Below are positions 42,056 to 56,988 of a DNA stretch of 64,000 nt, one piece after another. The position numbers and the translations under genes are program-made. Source of the stretch: Eledone cirrhosa (Eukaryota); the NCBI GenBank assembly GCA_964016885.1, contig OZ024742.1, positions 75,826,001 to 75,890,000 on the forward strand, in the 5' to 3' direction. The notes beneath the pieces are model-generated. The model saw only the letters and a list, made by a program, of their open reading frames with translations, had not been told where the DNA came from and searched no databases. How positions within the stretch are numbered: the stretch's first letter is position 1; each line of letters opens with the position of its first letter.

Positions 42056-45000
42056 ATTTAGTAAGTAGACGAATTCTGTTTCGGATGAAATATTGATGAA
42101 GTAATCAAACTCTGTATTTGATTAGCCCTTATGAAAACGATCCTCGTTGTATGAATACAACTCTGACACATGGGCAATTTGAAATTTGGTGGTACATATA
42201 TCACAAAGAATATAATTCAATCATCTGTTTCCCCAGGTCTTCCACATTAGTCGCCTATAAAATGTTTATATAAAGTGCAACTGTGTCTTGTTTCTATTCA
42301 CTATGCTAACATTTAAAAGCTGATAAATCACAGGGACATAGATTTTAATTTTGTTTTTGACATGTAGGGAAATTACGTTTAATGCTGTCACGTTGAAATA
42401 TTAAAACGTTGAGGATTTAAGGAAAATTGATTTGATTAAAATATCATGTATCAGATTCCGTGAAAAGCGCAATATTTTCCTTAATAATTAAGTGATACTT
42501 AAATCTGAAAACAGTATCGAGGTTTTTTTTAGAGAATTGTTAAACACTTTCAGTTATCAGATAAAAGATATAAGAAAAAATGATCTGTTCTCTTCCAAAA
42601 TTGTGTACGTTCAGCAATGAACGTCGGAAAGACACGTGGAGCAAATACGTCTATTTTAATGGTGTGTAGTGTTTCATATTTTAGGCGTAGATATCGATCA
42701 ATTCATAATACGCTTCATGTTATAGGCGTAGCAGAATCCAGCAAAATCAGAAGTTTATAAAATAGCAAAAATGCTTTAAAAATTAATACATATAAAAAGA
42801 TGATTTCAACGATATGGGGAATTTAAACGTTTATAAATATTTATAAAAATCTCGTTCGTTTCCTGTTTTTTTCTTTTAGCATTATTGCGTGAATGTCCTA
42901 ATAACAGAACGAATTGTGTGGTGTTTCTTAGTCAGATATATTTGCTTATATCGACCTAGATATCCATATATATAGATACCCATTTTTTATCAATGACAAA
43001 CGGATATTGCTGTCGTCTCTATCCGCTCAGATGTGTATGGTATCTAGAATTCTCTATATATATTTGTCTGTAATATAGTCTAAAACTACTGCTTTCATAT
43101 CCATAACTTCTCTCGAGACATCACTCTTCTAATTTCATTATACTAGTGTATGGTAAAATTACCACAGAGCCGTTGTTGTAATTTAGTTTGTATTGCTTTC
43201 TTACCTACATTATATAATATAGAAATATTTGTATTTCAGTTTTCTTCTGTATTATATAATACAATAATTATCTCCAGCGTTAACAATACCTTAGCTACGT
43301 AAAATATCTAAATTATACTACCAAATGTCCAACGTGATTCCCAAATCATACATCTATTGTATGTTGACTGTATAAACTCCCATACTTCTGCATCCGAGGA
43401 TCCATTACTTGCATTGTATAGTTTTCCCAACTGAAATTGAACGATATTGAAAGCATATTTGAATCTCCAAAAATATGAAAAGAATATTTCAGCTGTTCAA
43501 TAATTGCAATTGGAAACTTGCATCAATAATTATTCAAAGACGTTCAATTCAGTCATGTTTTAATATTTTTAAACTCGAATTATATTCACGACTGAACACA
43601 AGAGATACCTTATTATATTTATTTTTTACATAATACCACTATGTTGGTACTGTATTAATTTTGGCAAGTATATTGATAGTTCCGGAAAATGTACCTCTTC
43701 AAACTAAAATGTTGTGAATAGATATACAATTTGAGTAAAAAAAATGGTCTAGAATAAAACCTTAATCGTAGTCACGTAAACTCAAGCACATAAATAATAG
43801 AAAATAAAAAAATAAAGATATCTACATTTATGTACGTATCTGTACATGCATATCCGCGTGTATAAATGTTTATGAGTGTCCGTGTTTGTGTGAACATATA
43901 AATGTAAGGTATATTTAGAGAGAGGGAGGGGGGAGGGGGAGAGCGAAAATGATTGAGTGGATATGTGTGTGTGTGTGTGTGTGTATTTTGTGTTTGTGTG
44001 TGTCTTTACTCATATATATGTGTATGTGTATGTATAACTGACATGGTTATACATAATAATGCTTTTAGCTACGCCGATTCTTAAAAACCGTGTTATAATA
44101 CTGCCGTCGACAATGTTATCGAAATATATTCGTCTATTAATATTATTTACTTTTAGTATAATCCTACGTATATTTATTATTAGATTATTCCTAAGCCAGT
44201 ATTTTTGGATAGATGTTTTCAGTTATACTATGCAGTTGTATTATATAAAAGAGATGTGCACATATTATACAACTTAACGGCAGGTTAAACGAAGAAGTGC
44301 TTTTTAATGTTTTTATTTATCATGTTACTTCTTACGTGAATATTTTATAACTTACGAATAACAGAACAAGCTGATAAATATTTACAAAGAGACATGGTAC
44401 CAGCTGGATATAATTTCGACTATTACACAATAAAGAATAATTACCCACAGAATTGAAAACACATTACGTATTATGTAATATCTTGTTAACCTATAAATTA
44501 TCAGCATAAGCAATTAAACTCCATCTACTATAATTCATTTGACATTTCTTATACGCCGACTGTTGATGTTTGCCTTATTGTTTACTTTTAATGTGTTCTT
44601 GCATAAATATAATGGTCTATAGATATTCCTTAGAAAGGTAGATGCACCAAAACGCATGCATGACTGTACCTATGTATCTCCTCTTGGCATGGGTCTCTTA
44701 TTTTGTGTGCTATCCACCTTTTCGTAAAAGTATTTTGCTTCCTTCAAAGTTTCACTAGTCACAAAACTAGATTCCATAACATTAATCGGCGCATTATATA
44801 AATTTATTTGGCACCTTATTTTATTCACTGTAAAAATGTTGTCTTTTACCAAAGAATTTCTCTCCTCTGAATAAATTAATGAGTTCTAAATATTTGAAAT
44901 GGACAGACATGCAGCTGCTTTTAAGCGAAATCATTTTATTCCTAGTTTGAATTGATAAGATAATACGGTGTTTTCTGAGTATGTTCAGTTTAGTGAAATA

Positions 45001-45849
45001 AAAAATATGTGCCTTAATCACATATTGGCAAACAGAAATTATGTTTACTACACTGCATGTACAGAATATGTACAGTTCAGAAACAACTAGACAAATATAT
45101 ACTCACTGGAGTTCCAGATATGTCTATCACATCTATTATTCAGACCGGTTATGTATTTTGATATACATTTCTAAAAACATACGAATGTGATTTGAGGCAA
45201 ATTTCGTTTCTATTATATTTAAAACATTTTGTGTCACAGGATATTAGTTACCAATGTGATTGTGTTAGAGCAATACAATTGTTAGGACTGGAGTAAATTA
45301 CAGAAGGCTTTTGTTTGTGTTTAAGCACAATTCTGTGTTGGTAGAAAGAATTGCGATCAAATGCATTTGAACCATGGTTATTTTGGAAAACAATTGTCTC
45401 TATGTCTTTTTCTTTTAAATATTGTCTGATGTAATTAGAGGGTGGATTTAGTCATTATGTCTAGCAGGTTGAATGACTAAAGAAATTGTTAAATGGGACA
45501 GACCTCAAATGTTTACAGAAGGGCTCTAATCATCTATGGTAAAAAGCCATCAATTATATTTTCAGAATATGTTAAAGAAATATTCGGCGCTAGAGAGCAC
45601 CTGGTGGTGGACACGCTGTTGATAGTTTGCACATGGTTGATACTTAACGAGCATATATTTTATTTAAGACCATCAAACCATGACACTTCATGACTTTTTC
45701 AACCAAAGTCTAAGTGTGTGCTTTGCAATTATTGAAACTGTAGAGGGATCGTCTAGATTTTAGCCTTCTGCTTTGCTTCATTTGTACATAGGTATCAAGT
45801 TACACATGAATATATGACTAAAAGTATTTTCGTTAGATTTCTGAAATGA

Positions 45850-46500
45850 TCTCACGATAAAATCCCTTATTCAACCACACTTAACATTACTAATCACCTA
45901 GCGCGTAGTAATAATAGGAAAATTAATAAATATTTTACTTCTTGTAACTTAAATAACAATTCACAACAATTAGATACGCTTAACAATATTTTACCCAATA
46001 ATACTAGTAACCACTTTAATAATGCACTGGAACCTAGGACTTATAGGAATAATAATGATAACTACACAACTTGTATATCAAATTCTGATAACTCTTCACA
46101 CCTTTACACATAGAACTGCTTAATTACTGACCATAATTGTAATTGTAGACTTTATAATGTATGCCCTTTTTAGAATATTGTTTATCCCTGTACTGTCACG
46201 ACTTTTATTAACTCTAAAACCTATATTGGCTCTACTTCGAATAGCTTTAAGACAAGATATAATTCCCATCTCAATACTTTCAAAGATATAAGCTGAAACA
46301 TGAAAGCCAGTAATACACCATTTGAAAGCCAATGATATACCTTACAAATGTCCCAATACAATTTGTAACCGTTGTCTTCTTGAGACTCATATCATTATTT
46401 ACTCTAACCTAAATTTATTAGATAGAAAATCTGAAATCTTTTCCACCTGTCCTCACAGAAATCTCCATTTTGTTAGACCTATTAACCTAGACCTACTCAC
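45850..46500 (+). mobile_element. Second Naiad-type PLE remnant (GIY-YIG region); its AT-rich 3' region may extend to ~47950
   Basis: TIKIPYSTT.., CNCRLYNVCP, NIVYPCTVT..TYIGSTSNSFKTRYNSH, PYKCPNTICNRCLLE..LLDRKSEIFSTCPHR. Confidence 0.82.
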
Positions 46501-47976
46501 TATGTGGACCTATTAACCTAGACCTAATCACCATGTTAGACCTATTACCTAGTATATATCAATGTACATTTTACACCTTATTATCTTCAGTACCACTAGT
46601 ATCACTGTATAGTAATTACTTAAATGCACCTATGTTTAACTACTATATACTGTCTACCAGTTTTCACACATTCTTTCACAGATCTCTACTTTGACTAATA
46701 TTTTCTATAATCACTACATTTTATCATAAACACCACATCACATTTAGACATTTTAATAATACATTGTTTTCAAACCCTATTTCATAAGCCTCGCTTATCC
46801 TTACTAATAATTTTATAACAACTATTGCTTCACCCACTGTATATATTAACAGTAACTATTAAATACCAGTAAAATTAACTTTATTATTGCCTAATATTTT
46901 AAGTATGCATATCTTTTTTTAATAATGCATAACACTTAAGTATGCATAGATAATTTCTTTCTCTGTAATTTTTAAATTTTAGAAACTTTTAAAGTTTTAT
47001 ATTGTTACAATCATTAGCCCTAGACATTTTCTAATTCGATCCTCATACATCTTTACATATTGAATTTTTTTCTGCTTTTTATTTATTCATTTCACTTATT
47101 GACACTCTAATATCTTGTATCTCTTAAATGAATTACTACCCCTTTATTTATATTGATTTAACCGTCTTTTTATGGATTGACTAAAGGTCTTTAAAGTCTA
47201 TGTTAAGTTATATACTTTATACTCTTGAGAGTATAAGACATAATCTCCTCAATTCAACTATATAATGCCGTCATTGTGTGTCTTAAATACCTCACTCATA
47301 ATACTTCCATCTATATTGTTTGTTTTTTTCACTTTGAAGGCTTGATTCTTTTATATATTTACTCCACACAACATAACTCCTTTGCACGTCTTGAAAAATG
47401 GTTATTATGGCTGAATTGTGTTGTCGAACTAATAGTATGTCACCTGTCTGTAATCCTATGCTACACTACAATTGCATCTAACAATTTTAATATTTTTAAA
47501 AGGCTTGAGATTTATTTTGTTATGCATGTTTCCTCTGTTTCCTACTACTAACCTCTTTCAGCATCAATTTTGTCCACAACTATATATGATTTTAACTGTA
47601 ACTATATGTATTTTATTTTACTTCATTTTATCGCATTTTATCTGCTCCTATTTTTCATATGTTTTCCGCCTCAGTTAACTTATATAGATATTGATGCTCG
47701 CTCTTATCTCATCTCTTATAATATGCATCTTCCAAATGTTCTTGAAGCAAAGATTGGATCCTATATTTTTGTTTAACTTTTGTAATAAAGATAACTGCCT
47801 TGTGATAGGATGGAATGATAGTTAGTTATTAAATGTTTGAAAGATTAAAAACCCCTTTGATTATTATTTATATTTTATTTCGGCTCTGTATTATACTTGC
47901 TATATTACATCAAGCTATATTGATACTTGTAACTGGTAATATTTAATATTAATCACCATATATGTATATAGTTATA

Positions 47977-48009
<33 letters not shown>

Positions 48010-48130
48010 GATAACAAGTTATCGTTATAGGTAATCCAGTTAGAGTGTGTGGTTACTCTGTGTCGTGAATAGTTTTAAGCACTTTGTTGTATAGCCGACC
48101 ATGTTACTCTTCAATGTTTCACTATATATA

Positions 48131-49168
<1,038 letters not shown>

Positions 49169-49175
49169 TGTTCCT

Positions 49176-50063
49176 ATACAATACATAGAGGGGAAAGACA
49201 CAGAAGAGTGTGTTTTTCATTACAGGAATTTCGAACCACCACCGTGAAGAGAATATAAGCTACTAGAGGCATTGGTAAAACATTAAAATTTAAAGTATAA
49301 TTTGAAATGAAAAACCATCATCACCTAAATCACACATGTACACACTCACCAGGAGCATGTTTCGCCAATTTATACTTTTAATTTTAATGTTTTATCAATG
49401 CATCTAGTAGCTTAAATTCTCTTCACGCTGGTGGTTCGAAATTCCTGTAATGAAAAACACACTCTCCTGTGTCTTTCCCCTCTATATATTGTATTTTAAA
49501 TTGCCCAGGAAAGCTATTTCCTTTGAGAACATTTAATTACAGGATTATACGCGAGTCCTTTGCTCCGTTATTTTTACTTGATATTTGCTCCTTGCACTCT
49601 CTCTGCTGTTGAGAACCATAAATTGAATAGTATAGACTGCCATTTCTAGCAGCTTGTTCTGTTCACGCCACCGGTTACTGCCCCGAGCACGCATTTCTCT
49701 TATGTCTACACGTGCGAAGGGTGGTTTATTTTAGTTTTCCCTAGTAGTGGGGACAATATCGGCCTTCCACAAGCTGATGACTCAAATGGCGAAACATGCT
49801 CCTGGTGAGTGTGTACATGTTTGATATAGGTGAGGATGGTTTTTCATTTCAATTTATACTTTTAATTTTAATGTTTTACCAATGCCTCTAGTAGCTTATA
49901 TTCTCTTCACGCTGGTGGTTTGACATTCCTGTAATGAAAAACACACTCTTCTGTGTCTTTCCCCTCTATATATTGTATTTTAATGTGCCCAGAAAAACTA
50001 TTTCCTTTGAGGTCATTTAATTACAGGATTATACGCGAGTCCTTTGCTCCGTTATTTTTACTT
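49176..50063. mobile_element. Non-coding 484-bp-period partial tandem plus inverted copy with hammerhead motif (PLE terminal repeat or retrozyme-like)
   Basis: Direct repeats 49367-49579 and 49851-50063; inverted copy 49176-49368. cacaag-CTGATGA-ctcaaatggc-GAAA-catgc-TC-ctggtg at 49768-49807. Confidence 0.75.
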
Positions 50064-50073
50064 TATATATATG

Positions 50074-50121
<48 letters not shown>

Positions 50122-50146
50122 AACGATTTAAATATGCACATAATTT

Positions 50147-50186
<40 letters not shown>

Positions 50187-50189
<3 letters not shown>

Positions 50190-50235
50190 TCCTGATGATT
50201 TCTAAAGAATGAAACAGTTCTAGTCCTGTAGAATC
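50187..50235 (+). ncRNA. Type I hammerhead ribozyme (family HH-a), isolated between (TA)n runs
   Basis: gattc-CTGATGA-tttctaaagaat-GAAA-cag-ttctagtc-ctg-TA-gaatc. Confidence 0.8.
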
Positions 50236-50248
50236 TCCTCTATATTAA

Positions 50249-50289
<41 letters not shown>

Positions 50290-50594
50290 AGCGCATATAT
50301 AGTACACGAGTAAAAGATATTTGATCATATGAAAAGAATTATAATTTTCTTTTCAGAAACCATCGTGTTAATTCAATCTCCCTTTGTACTGTATATACAT
50401 ATATGTGTGTGCATTTGCGTATATAGTGATACACGGTGTGTTTATGAATAAATATTTGAAGGCCTTAGCTATGAATTTCGGAAGCTGATAGTTAGCGCCA
50501 TCAGGTGGATTCCATGAAAAGCAGGAGCGGGTAATCTGCCAACACTCAACTGTTTTTGACTGATGGTTGTTATCAAGACAGCTATCCCTCATCC

Positions 50595-50720
50595 TGCTCT
50601 CTGCTGGCATCCAATGTAGGTAAAAGCCAACTGCACCATATACAAATGAAGCTTATCAGCCTATGTAGATTGGCATCAAATCTAAATGTGTTTGCCTACA
50701 TTGGATCCAAGCAGAGAGCA
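50595..50720. repeat. 30-bp imperfect inverted repeat forming a ~125-nt hairpin
   Basis: tgctctctgctggcatccaatgtaggtaaa versus tttgcctacattggatccaagcagagagca. Confidence 0.8.
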
Positions 50721-50882
50721 TAGAGATAGATAGATAGATAGATAGATACAGATAGATAGATAGGTAGAGAGATAGAGAGTGAGAGAGAGGGAGATAGTGA
50801 CAGAGGGGGAGAGAGAGGGAGATAGAAAGAGGGAGAGATAGATAGATAGATAAATAGATAAATAGAAAGAGAGGGAGAGAGA

Positions 50883-50913
<31 letters not shown>

Positions 50914-51811
50914 CGTTGTCTTGATACCGACCATCAGTAAGAAACAGTTGAATGTCTTTCTTTTATATATCTCAAAATCAACGTTACGAGTTATTTATTT
51001 TGCTTGCCTTGCAGGAGGGTCGGTCTGAAGTTGCAAGTTTCTCTTATTTGGTGGGAGTTGTTTACTTACCTGCCTTCTACAGACAGTGAGACATTATTTC
51101 CATCTAGAATTCTTCACCAAGTTGGCGTATCGACAAGATTTATCCATGCATGTATTGGATTGTAACAAGAAGTTGGAATCAGCCAAGATTATTGGCAATA
51201 CTCCCTTACCTCCTTTGCACGTACTGAATATCTCTAATGAAAGAGTATGTATTAAAATAGTCCTCTTATTCCAAAGTCTATCCTTGAAGGCGGAATTAAA
51301 TTTTGTCTAATATTGCTCATTCCAAAGTTTTTTAAAATAATTGATATTGTTTTTTTGATTCCAGAAGCTAAAGCCGGGAATCTATATGAGTAAACTGATT
51401 TATTTTGACTATATCATATCACATTTCGATATTTTCTTTCAGTTTATTTTCTTGCTTTTTGGTTTGGTTCTGTGCTTCTTTAATAGGAAATAGAACACAC
51501 ATTTTAATAATTACTTTAGAATGTTTAAAGAGGGCACAAAATATATTCATTTTTGAAAAGAAATTGGGAACAACAGACAGTTGTATGCGTTATAAATCGG
51601 AAATTGATACTCATTATTTGATAAGAAAAATAATGTAATGTTCTATCTTCTTCGATCTGCTCAGTTCAATAATTTGCTATAATTTTTCTTTTTTAAAAAA
51701 ATTGACGACAAGTGTAATGGAGATTTTATTTTCTTTCGCTTTAAATCGCAATATAAGGTAATGTATGTTTAGTCTAAGTAGGACATGTAATAGATTTCTT
51801 TATAAATGTGT

Positions 51812-51975
51812 TAGGTGGCGAACTGGCAGAGTCGTCAGAAAGTCGGATAGAATACTTTGCGATATTCATTTCGATTCTCTGCTTTCTGAGTTCAAATTCC
51901 GCCGAGGATAAGTTTGCCTTTCATCGTTTTGGGTTCGATAAAAAAGTAACAGCCTAGTAGTAGGATCGATTATTC
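51812..51975 (+). mobile_element. tRNA-derived SINE family 1 variant
   Basis: ggcgaactggcagagtcg...ctgagttcaaattccgccgagg..tttgcctttcatc..cgataaaa. Confidence 0.8.
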
Positions 51976-52279
51976 TATATCTTTTTCTCACTTCATTACC
52001 TCTCTATCCTTCCCTGGAAGGAATCTGTTGCATTCAGACTTGAAGAGACATGGGCTCCACCAACCTCTAAAATGCCATAGAAACGCCATATAGCAGTATA
52101 GCACAATTACGACTCTTTCAGAAACAACGGGACCATGGATGCATGTATGTCTGTAAATGCGTGTGAGTGTGAGTGTGTGTGCTAGCTGTTCTTAAAGATA
52201 GAGTTATTGAAGTCGTTGTTAATTAAAAATTAAACACATAGTAGTTACCTGTCATAACCTTTCTTGAAATGTATGGTTT

Positions 52280-52515
52280 TCTCTGTGGTTACACGATAAC
52301 CAAAGATATTTCGGTTGATATAAACCATTTGGAGGCTCGTCAAAATGACTACAGTTTTAATTCAACGGGCCTGCATCACACTGTGATACACTGAAATATC
52401 CCTGATAATTACAACATTACACTTGCCTGAGGAATGCTGAGTCACTTGCACATTTATTTCATGAGTAAGGGTGTAGCGTTTATTACAAAAACTGGAACAT
52501 TCATCGCAGGATCTG
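52280..52515 (+). mobile_element. Decayed SINE related to 9288-9545
   Basis: ctgaaatatccctgataattac..tgctgagtcacttgcac..ctggaac tail similarity. Confidence 0.45.
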
Positions 52516-52709
52516 CCGGAGATCCATTACATTCCCTGTATACATATGGTGTCAGTATCGGTGCTTATAGCGTTGTAATAATATTAAAGTGTTCCTTATT
52601 CCTTATTTACACCAGGTCACACTGTTTTTTAGGAGTTTGCTGCACTACATTATATACATATTTTCCTTATTTGAGGAAAACTTGCCCTAATCCCCTATTC
52701 CTATGAGTT

Positions 52710-55700
52710 CAATTGACTAACCATGGACCCGCTCGTTGATTCGATTACCCAGACTGAATACGAATGTACTCCGCAGGAGTGCTCAACGATGTACTCCGAG
52801 TATCAGTTGTACTCAATTGGCTCATAATGTTTTCCACTATGACCCTATAGTTAACTATGCACTGCTACCAGAAGCTCAGATTGGATCCATGTCCGTCATT
52901 TGACAATCTTGCCGAGCAAACAAAATGTCATGGGGAGACTTCAGGGATGTGCTGCTCTGACGGCAAAGTGAAACTGCCTCCTCTACAGGAACCACCACAA
53001 CCTTTGAAGCCTCTACTGACCGGTGCCATAGCGGAGTCGGAACACTTCTTTCAATGTTCCAGGAGTTACAACGCTGCATTCCAAATGACCTCTTTCGGAG
53101 CTAACATCATACTGGAGGACGGATTCATGCCTACCTTTAAAGTTCAAGGGCAAATTTACCACAGGATCGGTTCGCTCCTGCCTAGGACAGACGCGGAGAG
53201 CCCCTATTCCTACAGCTATACTTTGTCACTGACTATTTGTACCAAGCGGAACGACGCGATTTAATTTCGGCTGGTACAGAGATGAAAGTTCTGTTGGAAC
53301 TTCAGAGAATGCTGCATGAAAACAACAACTACATTCGCAGTTTTAAATGCGCATTTGGAGGCAGCAATGGCGCCAAAATTTGTTGTTATAATCGACGCTG
53401 ACAGGAAACAACCAGGCACCCACGCAGGCCGTTTAAACGCTCCCACGTGCAATGAAATACCTGTGCTTTTCATGGAGAACAGTACAGCAAGCAGGACATC
53501 ATACTTCAGTGTAGGGACAACTCTCTGCAAAGGATCAGCGGGATGCATAGGTCCTACGACGCATACCAATAACCCCTTCTTTTCCCATTCTGTGACGACG
53601 GATACCACTTTGGAATTCCTTTGTGCAACAGCAACACATCTGTTTCCTGTATTCAATTCTACGCCTACCGATTCATGGTCCGCGAAGGCTGCTTTAACCA
53701 CCTCCACCATGCAAGAGTACTCTTCAACCAACTTGCTGTAGACGCGTGCGCAAAGATGGAATCTGAAAGGCTGTGCTACATAAGGAAAAATCAAGCACGA
53801 CTTCATGCAGACAGGTACATTGACTTACGGGGTGGAGTAAAGAATGAATGACATCGATCCCGAGAACCTTGGAAAACATTGTATCCTTCCGTCGACGTTT
53901 ATTGGGAGTCGCCGATACATTAGTGAATGCACACAGGATGCTATGGCTTACGTGCGTCTCTACGGCAGACCGGATCTCTTCATCACTTTAACTTGCAACC
54001 CTAAGTGGACTGAAATTACCGCGGAATTATTCCCCTGACAAAGGCCGTCAGACAGACGCGACCTTACGGCACGAGTCATCCACTTGTAATTGAAAAAACT
54101 TATTGAACTCATACAATCAGGTAAGGCCTTTGCACTTGTTAGGTGCTACATATACACCGTTGAGTGGCAAAAGAGAGGCCTGCCACACGCCCACCTACTC
54201 ATTTGGCTAATAACGAAAATCAACACAACCAGCATTGACAGCATTATTTCAGCAGAAATACCCGACAGAGATCTCCACAATTTCGTCACCGCTCACATGG
54301 CCATGCGGAAACGGTTTCAATATGAATTCGCTATGCTTTAAAGAAAGAAGGTGCACCAAGAGGTACCCGAGGCCATTCCTCCGAGAAACTCAGACAGGTG
54401 GCGACGGTTACCCATTATACCGCCGCAGGGATCCAGTGGACGGATGAATTGTTGCGATAACCCCACATCACCACGTTGACAACCAGTGGATTGTACCCTA
54501 CTGTCCACTTCTGCTTAAAATGTTTAACGGCCACATTAACGTTGAATACTGCCACTCCGTCAAATCAATAAAAGACGTCTGCAAGTACATCAATAAGGGG
54601 TCCGATGCAACGTCCTTCGGTCTTACAATGGAGAACAGCTGAGACAAAATCATTCGATACCAGATCGGCCGATACATCAGCAGTAATGAAGCGTTCTGGC
54701 GATTCTTCCACTTTGCAATACACAATGACAAAACCCCAATCAAACAGTTGGCAGTGCACCTTGAAAAGGATCAAATAATATACTTCACCGCCTCCACCAC
54801 TGCTGAGATAGCAGAGGAACCCAAGGACACCCCACTTACGACATTCTTTAAGTTATGCCGAAACGATCCCTTCGCCAAGACCCTCTTCTACTCTCAGGTG
54901 CCATCATACTACACTTGGAACGCAGATAAAAGAATTTGGTTAAGAAGGGTGAAAGGACAACCCGTCGAGGGACATCCAGACATTAAAATCTCCCCTGCCC
55001 TTGGGATAGTCTACACAATTCATCCTAACCAACATAAAATGCTTTTATCTCCGCCTTCTACTTCATGAGGTTGTAGGACCGACATCTTTCGACGATCTGA
55101 AACAATCAACGCAGAGGTTTGTACTTCACTCCGCGCAGCCTGCCTTAGACAGGGTCTATTGGAAAATGGCGCTTAGTGGGATGCAACATTGCCGGAAGCA
55201 GCTACAATACGCTCAGTGCGAAGTCTTCGGGAACTATTTGCGGATCTACTGCAGACATGCATGCTAAGCGACCCTGTATCCTTATGGGAGAAATACAAAG
55301 AGGACCTTTGCGATGATTACATACACCAAGGACAACTGCTACTCCCTCATTCCGACGTACGACTCAGCGACGAATTCTTCAACAAACCTCTCATTGACAT
55401 CGAGGACAATATCCTAACTGCCGGCGAAATGACCTTCCATTCTATGGACTGCCAAAAGTTCAGCGAACGGGCTCGGACATACTTCCGACGGGCATAATTC
55501 AGGAAACTGCCTACGACGTCGACGCCCTCGAACTATTCATCAACGAAAACGAGCCGAAATTGTTGCAGGACCAATGGCGGGCGTATGACACATTTTTCAC
55601 TTCCATTCGTCAACGCGGGGGAGGTATCTTCTTTTTGGAAGCCCCAGGAGGAACCGGTAAAACATTCATCTCTAAAATCCTCCTCGCCAAACTGCGACGG

Positions 55701-56988
55701 CAAAAAGGAATCGCCCTGACTGTGGCTTCTTCTGGGATTGCCGCAACTCTGCTGCCCCGAGGTAGGACAGCCCATTCCGCATTTAAACTACGATTCAACG
55801 CGACTTCAGACGACACAATAACCTGCAATATTACCAAGGACCCCTGACCAAGCAGAAGTTTTGAAAAGATGCCAGCTAATTGTGTGGGACGAATGGCCCA
55901 TAAAGGGTCCCTTGAGGCATTAGACAGGACCCTACGAGACATTAGGGAATGCAACCGGCAGATGGTAGGAGTACCTCTACTGCTGTCTGGCTATTTTCGA
56001 CAAACTCTTCCAGTTGTTCCAAAAGCCACCAGGGCCGACACTGTGGGGGCTTGCATCAAGTCATCTCCCCTGTGGCAGGAGGTGACACTTCTGACCCTCA
56101 AAACTAACATGAGAGCCCAACTGTTCGGCGACCACTTATCAGTCAACTTCTCAAAGGACCTCTTAACAGTTGGTGACGGCACTGCACCTTCAGATGCAGC
56201 TGGAGAAATGGCAGTCTCGCAAGTAGGCACCGTTGTCGACACTGTTGACAACCTCACAGCCTATGTCTTTCCTGGTATGGCCATCAACTACAAAAAACAC
56301 GAATTGGCTGTGCGATAGAGCCATATAAGCTCCCAAAAAATGTATCTGTTGCAAAAATCAATGAGGACCTTCTGCAACGCATTCCTGGAAACCTCTATAC
56401 CTACAAATCTGTGGACACAGTTGTGGACAAAGATGAGGTTGACGATTTTCGCACAGAATTCCTCAATTCCTTGGACCTCTCCGGACTGCCCCTCATGTGG
56501 TCTACAGACGGGTGTTGTGACTCCTCTATTCAGCACCACTACAGTCTTGTCGGTCTGACATATTTTGAGTAGATGCTATTGTTGTATATTTTCAAACTTA
56601 CCCGTATTTATTTACCCATGCTTATTACTCCTCTTTCCTTCATAGCGCATCCAATCTGTTTTCACGGAGCATGAAGTTTCGGCACAGCACGTCCGCTTCC
56701 GTTGGTAGAAGTAGAAGAGGCTCTATTACACCCCTTTCCAGGACCTCCTACCAAATTCTTACCATTGTTAGAACGATAATACGGCCCTTTTCAGAGCCAC
56801 CTCACATTTAATCGTTACCCACTTCTGAGAATGTTGCAAAGCCCTTTGCAGGGCTTTCTATCCCGTTGAAAATGGATTGGTTGGCGGGAACTTATATCAA
56901 TATTTGCCTCAATAATCATAATTGAGTGGAATCGTTAAGAGTACTTTAAAGCAATTAAACCCCGAGCAACGCCGGGCACTTCTGCTAG
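52710..56988 (+). mobile_element. Helitron (Rep/PIF1-helicase pseudogene) with intact 3' terminus
   Basis: CCSDGKV, YNAAFQMTSFGA, PTFKVQGQIYHRIGSL; Rep motifs PDLFITLTCNPKW and VEWQKRGLPHAH; helicase motifs APGGTGKTF, VASSGIAATLL..GRTAHSAF and FRQTLPVV. 3' hairpin cccgagcaacgccggg (56961-56976), then CTAG (56985-56988) followed by T. The 5' end is uncertain. Confidence 0.93.

Noticed and set aside
51070-51233. Protein-coding exon on the minus strand
   Set aside because: Good splice signals, but all three frames contain stops; at most non-coding.
55560-56318. PIF1 helicase as a host gene
   Set aside because: Fused to Rep motifs, intronless, frameshifted and followed by a Helitron 3' terminus.
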